Positions 1-12,457 of a stretch of DNA of 64,000 bases are shown in pieces. Below the pieces are notes generated by a model. That model made no database searches. It was not told the DNA's origin and worked only from the letters and a program-made list of their open reading frames with translations. A program made the position numbers and the translations under genes. How positions within the stretch are numbered: the stretch's first letter is position 1; the number at the start of each line of letters is the position of its first letter. This DNA is from an uncultured Acidobacteriota bacterium (lineage in GTDB: Bacteria > Acidobacteriota > Thermoanaerobaculia > UBA5066), in assembly GCA_963779415.1 (NCBI GenBank), contig CAVZYA010000003.1, positions 288,001 through 352,000 of the forward strand. Direction: 5' to 3'.

Positions 1-1
1 C

Positions 2-322
2 GTCGCGCCGCAGGTCCTCTGGTTCAAGAAGGCGCGCGAATCGGTCCCGGTCCTCTTCACTTCCGCCGTGATCGTCTCGATCGGGATGTGGCTCGAACGG
101 TTCATCATCGTCATCACGAGCCTTCACCGCGACTTCCTCCCCTCCTCGTGGGGGATGTACCACGGGACGAAGTGGGACGTCATGACGTTCGTCGGGACGC
201 TGGGCCTCTTCCTGACGCTCTTCTTCCTCTTCATCCGTTTCCTCCCCTCGATCTCGATCTTCGAGATGCGGACGATCACGAAAGCCGACGTGCCCGCGAA
301 GCCGGAAGGAGGAGCCGCGTGA
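2..322 (+). CDS. actC: Alternative complex III subunit ActC (NrfD/polysulfide reductase family), 5'-partial
   Basis: C-terminal 'GMWLERFIIVITSLHRDFLPSSWGMY' is typical of ActC; the frame is open to the window edge; actD/E/F follow. Confidence 0.9.
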   Translation, partial: VAPQVLWFKKARESVPVLFTSAVIVSIGMWLERFIIVITSLHRDFLPSSWGMYHGTKWDVMTFVGTLGLFLTLFFLFIRFLPSISIFEMRTITKADVPAKPEGGAA

Positions 323-882
323 CGAGCGCCCCTCTCTCCATGCCGGCCGGCGAGAGGCCACTCTACGGCCTGATGGCCGAGTTCGCGACCCCCGCGGCGC
401 TCATCTCGGCCCTGAAGCGGGTCCGCAGAGCGGGGTACACGAAGCTCGACGCGTACACCCCGTTCCCGATCGAGGAGGTCATCGAGGCCCTCGACCCGCC
501 GCGGTCGAAGGTTCCGGCGATCGTCCTCGCGGGGGGCATCGTCGGGGGTCTCGCCGGCTGGGGGCTCCAGTACTGGATCAACGTGATCGACTACCCGCTC
601 AACATCGGCGGGCGGCCGTTCAACAGCTGGGTCGCTTTCATCCCGCCCACGTTCGAGACGACGGTCCTCTTCGCCGGGATCGCGGCCATCGTCGGAATGC
701 TCGCCGTCAACGGACTGCCGCGGCCGCATCACCCCGTTTTCAATGTCCCCCGTTTCCAGTTCGCGTCCCGCGACCGGTATTTCCTCGTCATCGAGGCGGC
801 CGATCCAAAGTTCGACCCGAAGAAGATCCGCGAGGAGCTGGCCGCCGCGGGGGCCGAGGGCGTCCATGAGGTGGAGGAGTGA
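319..882 (+). CDS. actD: ACIII subunit ActD (DUF3341)
   Basis: 'LYGLMAEF...LDAYTPFPI...YPLNIGGRP..SW.AFIP.TFE'; GTG overlaps the actC stop (alternative ATG at 340). Confidence 0.88.
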   Translation: MTSAPLSMPAGERPLYGLMAEFATPAALISALKRVRRAGYTKLDAYTPFPIEEVIEALDPPRSKVPAIVLAGGIVGGLAGWGLQYWINVIDYPLNIGGRPFNSWVAFIPPTFETTVLFAGIAAIVGMLAVNGLPRPHHPVFNVPRFQFASRDRYFLVIEAADPKFDPKKIREELAAAGAEGVHEVEE

Positions 883-883
883 G

Positions 884-1504
884 GTGAAGCGCTCCCTCCT
901 GCTCCTCTTCGCCCTGGCCCCGCTCGCCGCCGGATGCCGGCAGGGAATGTTCAACCAGCAGAAGCTGAAGCCCTACCGCCCGAGCGCTCTCTGGGAGAAC
1001 GGCAGCTCCGCCCGGCCGCTCCCGGCCGGTACGGTGGCGCGCGGATTTCTTCGAGAGGACCGCGCGCTCGAGACGGGGGTCGGGCCCGACGGTAAGTTCC
1101 TCGTCGAGCTCCCGATGAAGCTGACGAAGGAGCTCCTCCACCGCGGGCAGGAGCGCTACGACATCTTCTGTTCCCCCTGCCACGGGCGGACCGGGGACGG
1201 GACCGGGATGATCGTCCAGCGCGGCTTCAAGCGGCCTCCGTCGTTTCATATCGACCGCCTGAAGAACGAGCGGATCGGCTACTTCTTCGACGTCGACACG
1301 AACGGCTTCGGGCAAATGTCCGGCTACGCGGCGCAGGTGCCGGTTCGTGACCGGTGGGCGATCGCGGCCTACGTCCGGACCCTTCAGCTCTCGCGCGAGA
1401 CGCCGGCCGCGTTCCTCTCGGACCACGACCGGGCCGAACTCGACAAGGCGCCTCCCGCGCCGGCCGATCCGATGGGCGCCGTGGCGCCGGGGATTTCCCG
1501 ATGA
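884..1504 (+). CDS. actE: ACIII monoheme cytochrome c lipoprotein ActE
   Basis: Lipobox LAAGC, heme motif CSPCH, 'RGQERYDIFC', 'DRWAIAAYVR'. Confidence 0.88.
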   Translation: MKRSLLLLFALAPLAAGCRQGMFNQQKLKPYRPSALWENGSSARPLPAGTVARGFLREDRALETGVGPDGKFLVELPMKLTKELLHRGQERYDIFCSPCHGRTGDGTGMIVQRGFKRPPSFHIDRLKNERIGYFFDVDTNGFGQMSGYAAQVPVRDRWAIAAYVRTLQLSRETPAAFLSDHDRAELDKAPPAPADPMGAVAPGISR

Positions 1505-2697
1505 GCCGCCCCGAGTCGTACGCCCCGCCCGCCGCCGACCTCGCCGCCTTCGGCGGCAAGGCTCTCGCCGTCGGGCTGGTCGGGCTCGCCGCCTCCCTGG
1601 CCGGATGGCGCCTTGCGCCAGAGATCTTCTACCGCGCCTGGCTCGTCGGTTGGGTCTGGATCCTCGGCGTCGCGCTGGGAGCGGTCGGTATCTATCTTCT
1701 CCACATCCTCTCGCGCGGAGCCTGGGGGCTCGTCATCAGACGCCTGCTCGAGGCCGCGACGGGGACGCTCCCGGTTCTCGCCCTCTTCTCGATTCCCGTC
1801 CTCGTCGGCCTGAAATCAATCTACCCGTGGGCCGACGCCACCGGGGTCGCCCACGACGAGCTTCTCCGGCACCGGCAACCCTGGATGAGCGTTCCCTTCG
1901 TCACCTTCCGGCTCGTCCTCTACTTCGCGATCTGGGGGGGCTTCTCGTTCGCCCTCGCCGGCCTCTCGAGGAAGCAGGACTCCGCCGGCGATCCCGCGGC
2001 CATCGAGCGGAAGATGCAGGGGCTCGCGGGGCCGGGCCTGGTCCTTCACATCCTCGCCGTCTCGTTCTTCTCCTTCGATTTCCTCATGTCGGTGAACGCT
2101 CACTGGTACTCGACGATTTACGGGCTCTACGTCCTCGGTGGACAGGCCGTCTCGGGGATGGCGCTCGTCATCCTCGCCGAGCTGCTTCTTTCCTCGCGTC
2201 TTCCGATGTCCGACGTCCTGCAGAAAAGGCACGTGCACGACCACGGGAAGCTCCTGCTCGCCTTCATGATGCTCTGGGGATACTTCGCGATCTCGCAGTT
2301 CCTGATCATCTGGTCGGGCGACCTTCCGGAGGAGGTCGGCTTCTTCACGGACCGCTTCACCGGAGGATGGGGGGCCGTGGCCATCGGCATCGTCTTCCTC
2401 CACTTCGTCCTTCCGTTCTTCCTCCTCCTCTCGCGAGACCTGAAGCGCGACGTGAGGAAGCTGTCCGTCATCGCCGCGCTTCTCCTCGTCATGCGGTGGG
2501 CAGACCTCTACTGGCTGGCCGCGCCGGCCTTCAGCCCGAAGCAGCTCTCGTTCCACTGGCTCGACCTCGCGACGCCCGTGGCCATGGGAGGACTCTTCCT
2601 CTTCGCGTTCACGAGACGTCTCGCCGCGCACCCCCTCCTGCCGTCGAAGGACCCGAATCTCGAGGCGGCGCTCCAACCGGAGTCCGCGCATGGCTGA
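1501..2697 (+). CDS. actF: ACIII membrane subunit ActF
   Basis: Polytopic membrane protein with 'HWYSTIYG', 'DHGKLLLAFMMLWGYFAISQFLIIWSGDLPEE'; ATGA overlap with actE. Confidence 0.88.
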   Translation: MSRPESYAPPAADLAAFGGKALAVGLVGLAASLAGWRLAPEIFYRAWLVGWVWILGVALGAVGIYLLHILSRGAWGLVIRRLLEAATGTLPVLALFSIPVLVGLKSIYPWADATGVAHDELLRHRQPWMSVPFVTFRLVLYFAIWGGFSFALAGLSRKQDSAGDPAAIERKMQGLAGPGLVLHILAVSFFSFDFLMSVNAHWYSTIYGLYVLGGQAVSGMALVILAELLLSSRLPMSDVLQKRHVHDHGKLLLAFMMLWGYFAISQFLIIWSGDLPEEVGFFTDRFTGGWGAVAIGIVFLHFVLPFFLLLSRDLKRDVRKLSVIAALLLVMRWADLYWLAAPAFSPKQLSFHWLDLATPVAMGGLFLFAFTRRLAAHPLLPSKDPNLEAALQPESAHG

Positions 2698-3124
2698 GAA
2701 GCACCCCCCCGCTCACGGCGCCCCCGGAGAAGGCCTCGATCGCGAGATCCACTACAAGGCCGTCCGGCGCTTCGTGGCGTTCCTCCTCATCCTCGTCGCC
2801 GCCGGCCTCGTCTCGATGTGGGCGCTCTTCGCGTTCCTGAGGCGTGAGATCGCCCGGAGCCAGCCTCCGGCGCCTCCGCTCGCCGGGGCGCGCGAGACGC
2901 CGCTCCCGCCGGAGCCCCGGCTCGAGGGCCCGCCCGGTGTGGGGCTTCAGGCCCTGCGGACGAAGGAAGACGCCGTCCTCGCGGCGTGGGGATGGGTCGA
3001 CAGGGAAAAGACGGTGGCCGAGGTCCCCATCGACCGCGCCATCGAGATCGCGGCCGAGAGAGGACTGCCGGTCCGATACGGGAACCCGACCCCAGCCCCG
3101 GCTGCCGGAGGGGTCGCAAAATGA
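2690..3124 (+). CDS. ACIII accessory subunit (ActG-like)
   Basis: One TM segment plus 'PPEPRLE...WGWVDREK..EVPIDRAI', seen in the gene after actF in such operons. Confidence 0.7.
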   Translation: MAEKHPPAHGAPGEGLDREIHYKAVRRFVAFLLILVAAGLVSMWALFAFLRREIARSQPPAPPLAGARETPLPPEPRLEGPPGVGLQALRTKEDAVLAAWGWVDREKTVAEVPIDRAIEIAAERGLPVRYGNPTPAPAAGGVAK

Positions 3125-3972
3125 CCCGACGCGTTTCCACCCTCCTCGCCGCCGCGACGAGTCTTCTCCTCGTCGCAACTCCCGCGATCGCCCAGAAGTG
3201 GACGGGATCGGAGGCCGCGGCCCCGCCGCCGCCCCCGCCGACGAAGGACGTCGGTTTCGACCAGAAACTCGGCGGGCAGGTCCCCCTCGATCTCGTCTTC
3301 AAGGACGAGTCCGGGCAGGACGTGAAGCTCTCCCGGTACTTCGGGAAGAAGCCCGTCATCCTCCACCTGATGTACTTCGAGTGCCCGATGCTCTGCGGCA
3401 TGGTGATCGAAGGTCTCCTCCGGAGCCTCCGCGCGCTCTCCTGGGACGTCGGGAAGGAGTTCGAGGTCGTCACCGTGAGCTTCGACCCCCGCGAGGGACC
3501 CGAACTCGCGAAGGAGAAGAAGGAGAACGTCCTCAAGACGTACGGGCGCCCCGGGGCCGCCGCCGGCTGGCACTTCCTGACGGGGAACGAGGACTCCATC
3601 CGCGCCCTCACGAAGGCGGTCGGCTTCCGGTACGTCTGGGACGCCGGGCAGAAGCAGTTCGCCCACCCGACGGGGATCGTGATCCTGACGCCGGGCGGGA
3701 GGATCTCCCGGTACTTTTTCGGCATCGAGTTTCCGACGAAGGACCTCCGCCTCGGCCTCATCGACTCGACGAGCGAGAAGATCGGCGGCCTGACCGACCA
3801 GCTCCTCCTGATGTGCTACCACTACGACCCGCGCGCGGGGCGATACACGCCCGCCATCACCCGCCTCCTGAAGGGAGCGGCAGCGCTGACTCTCATCGGC
3901 CTCGTCGCATTCATCGCAACGATGCTTCGCCAGGAGCGGCGGAGGGACGGCGGCGCGGGGAAGGCCGCCTGA
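3121..3972 (+). CDS. SCO1/SenC family copper chaperone
   Basis: CxxxC motif 'YFECPMLC', 'FAHPTGI', signal peptide and C-terminal TM. Confidence 0.9.
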   Translation: MTRRVSTLLAAATSLLLVATPAIAQKWTGSEAAAPPPPPPTKDVGFDQKLGGQVPLDLVFKDESGQDVKLSRYFGKKPVILHLMYFECPMLCGMVIEGLLRSLRALSWDVGKEFEVVTVSFDPREGPELAKEKKENVLKTYGRPGAAAGWHFLTGNEDSIRALTKAVGFRYVWDAGQKQFAHPTGIVILTPGGRISRYFFGIEFPTKDLRLGLIDSTSEKIGGLTDQLLLMCYHYDPRAGRYTPAITRLLKGAAALTLIGLVAFIATMLRQERRRDGGAGKAA

Positions 3973-3976
3973 CGAA

Positions 3977-4945
3977 ATGACGCCGAACGCTCCGCTCTTC
4001 CCGACCTCCGCTTCCGAGCTCGCCCGCTCGGTCGACCACCTCTTCTTCTTCGCGCTCGCCTTCTCGGTCTTCTTCGCGGTCCTCATCGCGGTCCTCATCG
4101 TCTTTCTCGGCTCGAAGTACCGGCGCCGCCATCCGGACGAGGTGGGTGTCGCAGTCGATGACCACGCCCTCTCCTCGAAGATGCTCGAGCTCTCCTGGAC
4201 CGCGATCCCGTTCGGGCTCCTCCTCGTCCTCTTCGGGTGGGGCACCTGGGTCTTCTTCCACCAGATGCGTCCGCCCGACGACGCCGTGGAGTACTGGGTC
4301 ACCGGAAAGCAGTGGATGTGGAAGATGCAGCATCCGGACGGGACACGGGAGATCAACGAGCTGCACGTCCCCCTCGGACAGGCCGTGAAGCTGAAGATGA
4401 TCTCCGAGGACGTCATCCACGACTTCTTCGTCCCGGCCTTCCGCGTCCACGTGGACGTCCTCCCGTCGCGCTACACGACCTACTGGTTCAAGGCCGACAG
4501 GACCGGCACGTTCCACCTCTTCTGCGGCCAGTACTGCGGCGTGGAGCACTCCTACATGGTCGGGAAGATCGTCGTCATGGAACCGAAGGACTACGAGCTG
4601 TGGCTCTCGGGGGTCCGGCCGGGGCAGGCGCCGCTCCGGACCGGCGAAGAGCTTTTCGTCGCGAACGCCTGCAACACCTGTCACCGCCCTGACTCGTCGG
4701 CGCGCGCCCCGATCCTGAACGGCGTCTACGGGACGAAGGTAAAGCTGATCGACGGATCGACGGTGACGGCCGACGACGGCTACGTCCGCGAGTCGATCCT
4801 GAGCCCGCAGGCGAAGATCGTCGCCGGCTATCAGCCGATCATGCCGACCTTCAAGGGCGTCATCACCGAGGAGGAGCTGCTGCAGCTCGTCGAGTACGTC
4901 AAGAAGCTGCCGCCGCCGGCCGCCGGCGCCGGGGGGACCCGCTGA
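3977..4945 (+). CDS. coxB: Cytochrome c oxidase subunit II with fused cytochrome c (caa3 type)
   Basis: 'DVIHDFFVP', CuA loop '[12 protein letters not shown]', C-terminal CNTCH heme motif. Confidence 0.95.
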   Translation: MTPNAPLFPTSASELARSVDHLFFFALAFSVFFAVLIAVLIVFLGSKYRRRHPDEVGVAVDDHALSSKMLELSWTAIPFGLLLVLFGWGTWVFFHQMRPPDDAVEYWVTGKQWMWKMQHPDGTREINELHVPLGQAVKLKMISEDVIHDFFVPAFRVHVDVLPSRYTTYWFKADRTGTFHLFCGQYCGVEHSYMVGKIVVMEPKDYELWLSGVRPGQAPLRTGEELFVANACNTCHRPDSSARAPILNGVYGTKVKLIDGSTVTADDGYVRESILSPQAKIVAGYQPIMPTFKGVITEEELLQLVEYVKKLPPPAAGAGGTR

Positions 4946-4947
4946 CG

Positions 4948-6586
<1,639 letters not shown>

Positions 6587-6597
<11 letters not shown>

Positions 6598-7251
6598 CCC
6601 CCACGGCGGCCTCCCCGGCCTCGCGCACCACTTCGACTCCTACGAGCAGCAGAGGGAGTCGGCGACGCTCGGGATGTGGTTCTTCCTCGTCCAGGAGATC
6701 CTCTTCTTCGGAGGGCTCTTCTTCGCCTACGCGCTCTACCGCTGGAAGTACCCCGTGGCCTTCAATGCCGGGAGCCACCAGCTCGACGTGGTGCTCGGGA
6801 CCTTCAACACGGCCGTCCTGATCGGCAGCTCGCTCACCGTGGCGATGGCGGTCCGCTCCGCGCAGATCGGACGGCCGAAGCGGATCGTCGGCTTCCTCCT
6901 CGGAACCGCCGTCCTCGGCTCGATCTTCCTCGGCGTGAAGGCGTACGAGTACCACCACAAGTGGGTCGAGCACCTCGTGCCGGGGCCGAACTTCGCGTTC
7001 GAAGGGCCGGGGGGGAGCACGCCCGGCTCTTCTTCTCGCTCTATTTCGCGATGACGGGGCTCCACGCGCTTCACATGGTCGTCGGGATCGCGATCCTCCT
7101 CTTCCTCCTCAGGCCGGCGTGGCGGGGGCGCTTCACGCCCGAGAGCCACAACCTGCTCGAGGGGTTCGGTCTCTACTGGCACTTCGTCGACATCCTCTGG
7201 ATCTTCCTCTTCCCGCTCCTTTACCTCGCGGGACGCCACCACAACTTCTGA
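6587..7251 (+). CDS. coxC: Cytochrome c oxidase subunit III (apparent frameshift at G-run 7009-7015)
   Basis: '[18 protein letters not shown]' in one frame and '[12 protein letters not shown]...GLYWHFVD' in another; one more G in the 7-G run joins them. Confidence 0.9.
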
Positions 7252-7260
7252 GGACGGCGC

Positions 7261-7566
7261 ATGAGCACGGACACGAGCCACATCTCCCCGGTCAGGACCC
7301 TCGTGGCGGTCTTCTTCTCCCTGCTGGCCCTAACGGCCCTGACGACCGCCGTCTCGTACGTCGACCTCGGCGCGGCGAGCACGGCCGTCGCCCTCGCGAT
7401 CGCGTGCACCAAGGCCTCGCTCGTCGTCTGGTTCTTCATGAACGTCCGGTTCAACTCGAGGCTGATCCCCGTCGTGATCCTCGGCGGTCTCTTCTTCGTC
7501 CTCGTCCTCTTCGTCGAGACCTTCGCCGACTACGGCAGCCGCGGCTGGTTCGGCAACGGGCGGTGA
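7261..7566 (+). CDS. coxD: caa3-type cytochrome c oxidase subunit IV
   Basis: Three TM segments, 'KASLVVWFFM', last gene of the operon. Confidence 0.85.
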   Translation: MSTDTSHISPVRTLVAVFFSLLALTALTTAVSYVDLGAASTAVALAIACTKASLVVWFFMNVRFNSRLIPVVILGGLFFVLVLFVETFADYGSRGWFGNGR

Positions 7567-7620
7567 GCGGCCGAGCCCTCACCTCGCATCCCTCGTAGCC
7601 CGTCGCTCCATAATCCCGCC

Positions 7621-8850
7621 GTGGCCCTCATCCTCGGCTACGTGGAGCCCGGCACCGACCGCAGGCGCCTCAGGCCCCTGACCGGGCGAATGAAGATCGG
7701 CCGGGCCGTCCCGGACGAAGACGTCTTCCTCGACGCGCCTACCGTTGCGCCGGTTCACGCTGAAGTCGAGGAACTCGACCCGGAAAGCGCCGTCATCCGG
7801 TCTCTTTCCGGGGATTCGGCCACCTTCTTCAAAGGAGAGTTGACGGCAGAATTCCGCGTCAGGTCCGGTGACGAGGTCGTCTTCGGCGACGTTCGCGTTC
7901 AGGTCCTCGACGACGGCCTGCTGGCTCCAGCCGGCCCGGCTCACGCCGGCGTTCCCGAGGCCCGAGATCCGACCGCGCGCGAGCGCCGATATCGCCTCGC
8001 GACGGGTGCTCTCGCCCTGTTCCTGCTTCTGCTCGCGGGGACTCTCTTGAGCCCGCCGGGGCGGCGGTACCTCCAGGAAACCTCTCTGCGCTGGATGATT
8101 CAACTCGACAGGAACGTGGCGGAGCGGGCTCGCCGGTGGAACGCCCTTCTCGTGGCGCGAAACCGGGCCGGGACTCCCGTTCTGCCGGTGGCCACGCCGC
8201 CCGTCGCGAGGCCCCCCACTCCCGTACCTGGCCGAACGCCCGTGCCCACACCCGGCTTGTCGGATCGCATCGAAAGTGCGCTGCGTGGCGTCGTCGCGAT
8301 CCTGGACAGGCCGAACGGCACGGGCCGCATCATGGGATCCGGGGTCTTCGCCCGCGGTCTGACCGGCGCCTACATCCTCACGAACCGGCATGTGGTCGCC
8401 GGCTATCAGCGAGTCGGCGTCCTCACCTACGGAAGGGAGTGCTTCGCGGCGACCGTCGAGAGGCTGGATGAAAAGAACGACCTCGCCATCGTAAAGCTCG
8501 AGAGCGATCAGCCTCGGATCGGGGTTCTGAATTCTCTGGCCCTCGGCCGCCGGGACCAGCTCAGAATCGGTCAGACGGTCTATGCCATCGGGTCGCCGGT
8601 GGCAGATGAACTGAGTTTCTCCGTCACCCGCGGAATCATCAGCTCCTCCAGGCGAGACCTGGGGGGAGTCACGTTCATCCAGCATGACGCCGCGATCAAT
8701 CCCGGGAACAGCGGAGGACCGCTGATCGACGAGAGCGGGCAGGTCATCGGAATCAACACGCTCAAGGTCCGTGACGCGCAGGGTCTCGGGTTCGCCATCC
8801 CGAGCGATGCGGTCCTCGATTTCCTGAAGAGAGCCGAGGAGAAGAAGTGA
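7621..8850 (+). CDS. FHA-like domain / TM / trypsin-like (S1, HtrA-like, no PDZ) serine protease
   Basis: N-terminal 'KIGR...DVFLDAPTVAPVHAEV...GDEVVFG'; TM 'LALFLLLLAGTLL'; triad TNRHVV / NDLAIV / GNSGGP. Confidence 0.8.
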   Translation: MALILGYVEPGTDRRRLRPLTGRMKIGRAVPDEDVFLDAPTVAPVHAEVEELDPESAVIRSLSGDSATFFKGELTAEFRVRSGDEVVFGDVRVQVLDDGLLAPAGPAHAGVPEARDPTARERRYRLATGALALFLLLLAGTLLSPPGRRYLQETSLRWMIQLDRNVAERARRWNALLVARNRAGTPVLPVATPPVARPPTPVPGRTPVPTPGLSDRIESALRGVVAILDRPNGTGRIMGSGVFARGLTGAYILTNRHVVAGYQRVGVLTYGRECFAATVERLDEKNDLAIVKLESDQPRIGVLNSLALGRRDQLRIGQTVYAIGSPVADELSFSVTRGIISSSRRDLGGVTFIQHDAAINPGNSGGPLIDESGQVIGINTLKVRDAQGLGFAIPSDAVLDFLKRAEEKK

Positions 8851-9827
8851 CGACCGCACCCATGGCGTCGCGTCCGTTTCCGTCGGACATTCCGACCGCA
8901 AGCGAGATCACGACCGGTCCGGACGGTGCTCTTCGGCTCCATCGGCGACTTCTGGGGCCATGGCGACAGGACCGTCGAGCGCGGGACGTCCTGCTGGCCG
9001 AGATCGAAGCCAACGCCAGAGTCCCGCTGAGCAGCGAGACGCTGGTTCCGCTCGTGGACCAGGGTGACGTTCCCGAACCCTGGCTGGCCCGTCGCTTCTT
9101 CGAGTGCGGCACCCTTGCCCATCGCATCCGACGAACGGACTGGCCGCAGGGCGACGAGCTCCTGACAATCGTCGCCACCCTCCTGAAGGCTTTCGAAGAG
9201 CTGGATCGCCTCGGCCTCACTCATGGCGATCCCGCTCCGTGCAACGTCTTTTTGACCCCGGAGGGGACGGTGCGGCTGGGCGACCTCTGCTCGGCTCGGG
9301 CCAGGTTCGCGGCCGGGCCGGATCACCCGGACCGCTCGAGAGAAGCTCCATCGGATCGCGGACGATTCCTCCGCTGGTTCGCCCGACTCACGGAACGTTG
9401 CGACCAGGACGACCCCCTGGTTCGCCAGGTCGCCGATGCCCTCGCCGGCGGTGCCACGGAGAAAATGAAGCTCCTGCGACTCTCCAGGCTCGCCGAGGAG
9501 CGGTTCTCGGTGGCCGCCCCCGTACGAGGCATCGATCCGAACCGGGCCGCAATCGCCGCGTCAGGACCCGAGTCGGTTGCCGTGTCGCTCGTGATCGGTC
9601 CGGTCCGCGACGAAAAGAGCTCGTATCTCGCGGCCAAGCTTCTGTCCGGCCTCGTGGGCCGACCTCTCGCCGAAGTGCGCGCTCGTCTGCGCGAGGGAAC
9701 GGAAGTCGTCGAATCACTCTATCCCGATCCGGCGAGAGTGCTCGTCGACCAGCTCGTCGTCCTGAACGCGCCCGTCCGGGTCATGCAGGCCGTCCGCGGT
9801 CCGGAGGTCTTAAGATCGCGGCAATGA
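8847..9827 (+). CDS. Degenerate Ser/Thr kinase-like protein with C-terminal bL12-CTD-like domain
   Basis: 'THGDPAPCNVFLTPEGTVRLGDLCSAR' resembles kinase subdomains VIb-VII; GTGA overlap with the upstream gene. Confidence 0.6.
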   Translation: MTTAPMASRPFPSDIPTASEITTGPDGALRLHRRLLGPWRQDRRARDVLLAEIEANARVPLSSETLVPLVDQGDVPEPWLARRFFECGTLAHRIRRTDWPQGDELLTIVATLLKAFEELDRLGLTHGDPAPCNVFLTPEGTVRLGDLCSARARFAAGPDHPDRSREAPSDRGRFLRWFARLTERCDQDDPLVRQVADALAGGATEKMKLLRLSRLAEERFSVAAPVRGIDPNRAAIAASGPESVAVSLVIGPVRDEKSSYLAAKLLSGLVGRPLAEVRARLREGTEVVESLYPDPARVLVDQLVVLNAPVRVMQAVRGPEVLRSRQ

Positions 9828-12326
9828 GCGACTCCCACACCAAAACGAACGGGAACGGCGCGGCGCGCGGGATCCCGAGGCCGATGCCCGGCCACCTCGA
9901 CATCCCGGGGATCATCGAGTCCTTCGCGGAGCGGATGATGTACTCCGTCGCGAAGGACGAGCACACGGCCACCGACGTCGACGTCTACTTCGCCCTCGCG
10001 TACGCCGTCCGGGACCGCCTCATGGAGCGGTGGTTCCTGACGCAGGATACGTACTACCGGACGGACGCCAAGCGGGTCTACTACCTCTCGATGGAGTTCC
10101 TGCCCGGGCGGGTCCTCCTCAACAACATCCTCGCCCTCGGCGCCCATCCCGCCTACGCGCGGGCCGTGGAGAAGCTCGGCTACAACCTCTCCGACATCGA
10201 GGAGAAGGAGGTGGACCCGGCCCTCGGCGGCGGCGGGCTCGGGCGCCTCGCCGCCTGCTTCGTCGAATCGGCGTCCACCCTCGCCCTTCCCTTCTTCGGC
10301 TACGGCATCCGGTACGAGTACGGCATCTTCCGGCAGCGGATCAAGGACGGCTTCCAGGTGGAGGCTCCCGACAACTGGCTCCGCACCGGGAACCCCTGGG
10401 AGATCCCGCGCCCCGACTCCGTGATCCCCGTCAAGTTCTACGGCCGGACGATCACGTACCGCGACGACGCCGGAAAGCCGCGGACCGAGTGGGTCGACAC
10501 CGAGGACGTCTACGCGATGGCGTACGACATGCCCGTGGTCGGGTACCGGAACGACACGGTCAACTCGCTCCGTCTCTGGTCCGCCCGGTCGACGCGGGAG
10601 TTCGACCTCGCGCACCTTCAACGCGGGCGACTACACGCACGCCGTCGAGGACAAGACCCGCACGGAGAACATCTCGAAGGTCCTCTACCCGCCCGACCAC
10701 GAGCTGGCCGGGAAGGAGCTTCGCCTCAAGCAGCAGTTCTTCTTCGTCTCGGCCACCCTGCAGGACCTCCTGCGGCGGTTCAAGAAGCGGGACGACCGGT
10801 CGTGGGACGAGCTCCCCGACAAGGTCGCGATCCAGCTGAACGACACGCATCCCTCCGTCACCATCCCGAGCCTGATGCGGCTCCTCGTGGACGAGGAGCG
10901 GCTCGAGTGGGGCCACGCCTGGGAGATCACGCAGGCCGTCTGCGGATTCACGAACCATACCGTTCTCCCCGAGGCGCTCGAGACGTGGCCGAAGGAGCTG
11001 TTCGGAAAGCTCCTCCCCCGCCATCTCCAGATCGTCGAGGAGATCGACCGCCGCTTCCGCGAGCAGGTGAGGCGGAGCTTCCCGGGGGACGAGGAGAAGG
11101 TCGCGCGGACGGCCATCCTCTCCGATGCGAACGGCGGCGTGGTCCGGATGTCCCATCTGGCGATCGTCGGGAGCCACGCGGTCAACGGCGTCGCCAAGCT
11201 CCACTCCGAGATCCTGAAGCACAAGACGTTTCGTGACTTCCACGAGCTTTTCCCCGGCCGCTTCCAGAACAAGACGAACGGGATCACGCCCCGGCGCTGG
11301 CTCCTGAAGTGCAACCCGGCCCTTTCGGCGCTGATCACCGACGCGATCGGCGAAAAGTGGATCACGGACCTCGACCAGCTCGCCCGGATCCGGCCGCTGG
11401 CCGACGACGCCGCCTTCCGGGAGCGCTGGGCGGCGATCAAGCGCGAGAACAAGGTCCGGTTCGCCGGCCTCTGCGGCAGACATTTCCAGTTCGCCTTCGA
11501 TCCCGACGCGCTGCTCGACGTTCAGGTCAAGCGGATCCACGAGTACAAGCGGCAGGTCCTGAACGCCCTTCACGTCCTCGCCCTCCGGAACCGGATCCAT
11601 GCGGGCCTTCCTGCAGGCCCGCCGAGGACGGTCCTTTTCGGAGGGAAGTCGGCCCCCGGCTACGCGATGGCGAAGCTGATCATCCGGTTCCTGAACGGCG
11701 TGGCGGAGCTGGTCAACGGCGACCCGAAGCTGGAGGGGCGGCTTCGCGCCTTCTTCCTCCCGAACTACGGCGTCGCCTGCGCCGAGCGGATCTTCCCCGC
11801 GACGGACCTCTCCGAGCAGATCTCGACCGCCGGCCTCGAGGCCTCCGGCACCGGGAACATGAAGGCGGCGTTGAACGGCGCCCTGACGATCGGGACGCTG
11901 GACGGAGCGAACATCGAGATCCGGGACTCCGTCGGGCCCGAGAACATCTTCATCTTCGGCCACACGGCCGAGGAGATCGACGCGCTTCGGCGCTCCGGCG
12001 ACGACCCGAAGCGCTGGATCGCCGCGAGCCCGGAGCTCGACAAGGCCCTCGCGGAGCTGCCGCGGATGGAAGGGGGACACCCGGGGCTCTTCCGGCCCCT
12101 CCTCGACGAGCTGCTCGAGCGCGATCGTTTCTTCAACTGCGCCGACTTCGCCTCCTTCGTCGAGACGCAGGAGAGGATCTCCGCCCTCTTCGGCACCGGG
12201 ACGTGGGTCAGAAAGTCGATCCTCAACGTGGCCGGGATGGGCTACTTCTCCTCCGACCGCGCCATCCACGAGTACGCCGAGGAGATCTGGAACGTCAAGC
12301 CCGTGCCGGTCCGGTTCGAGGGGTGA
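9824..12326 (+). CDS. glgP: Glycogen/alpha-glucan phosphorylase (apparent frameshift near 10612)
   Basis: 'YYLSMEFL', 'GLGRLAACF', 'QLNDTHP', 'KRIHEYKRQ', PLP motif 'EASGTGNMK'; frames switch at FDLAH/FNAGDY. Confidence 0.93.
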
Positions 12327-12457
12327 GCGAGGGTGGCGAGAATCTCGTCTGCGTACCGCTGGCGCCCGCCGAGACGCCGCGCTACGGTTGTGGCGGATGC
12401 GATACGACAAGGCTCTCGAACTGGGGCTCAGGAGGCGGCTTCTGAAGTCCCTTCCGA

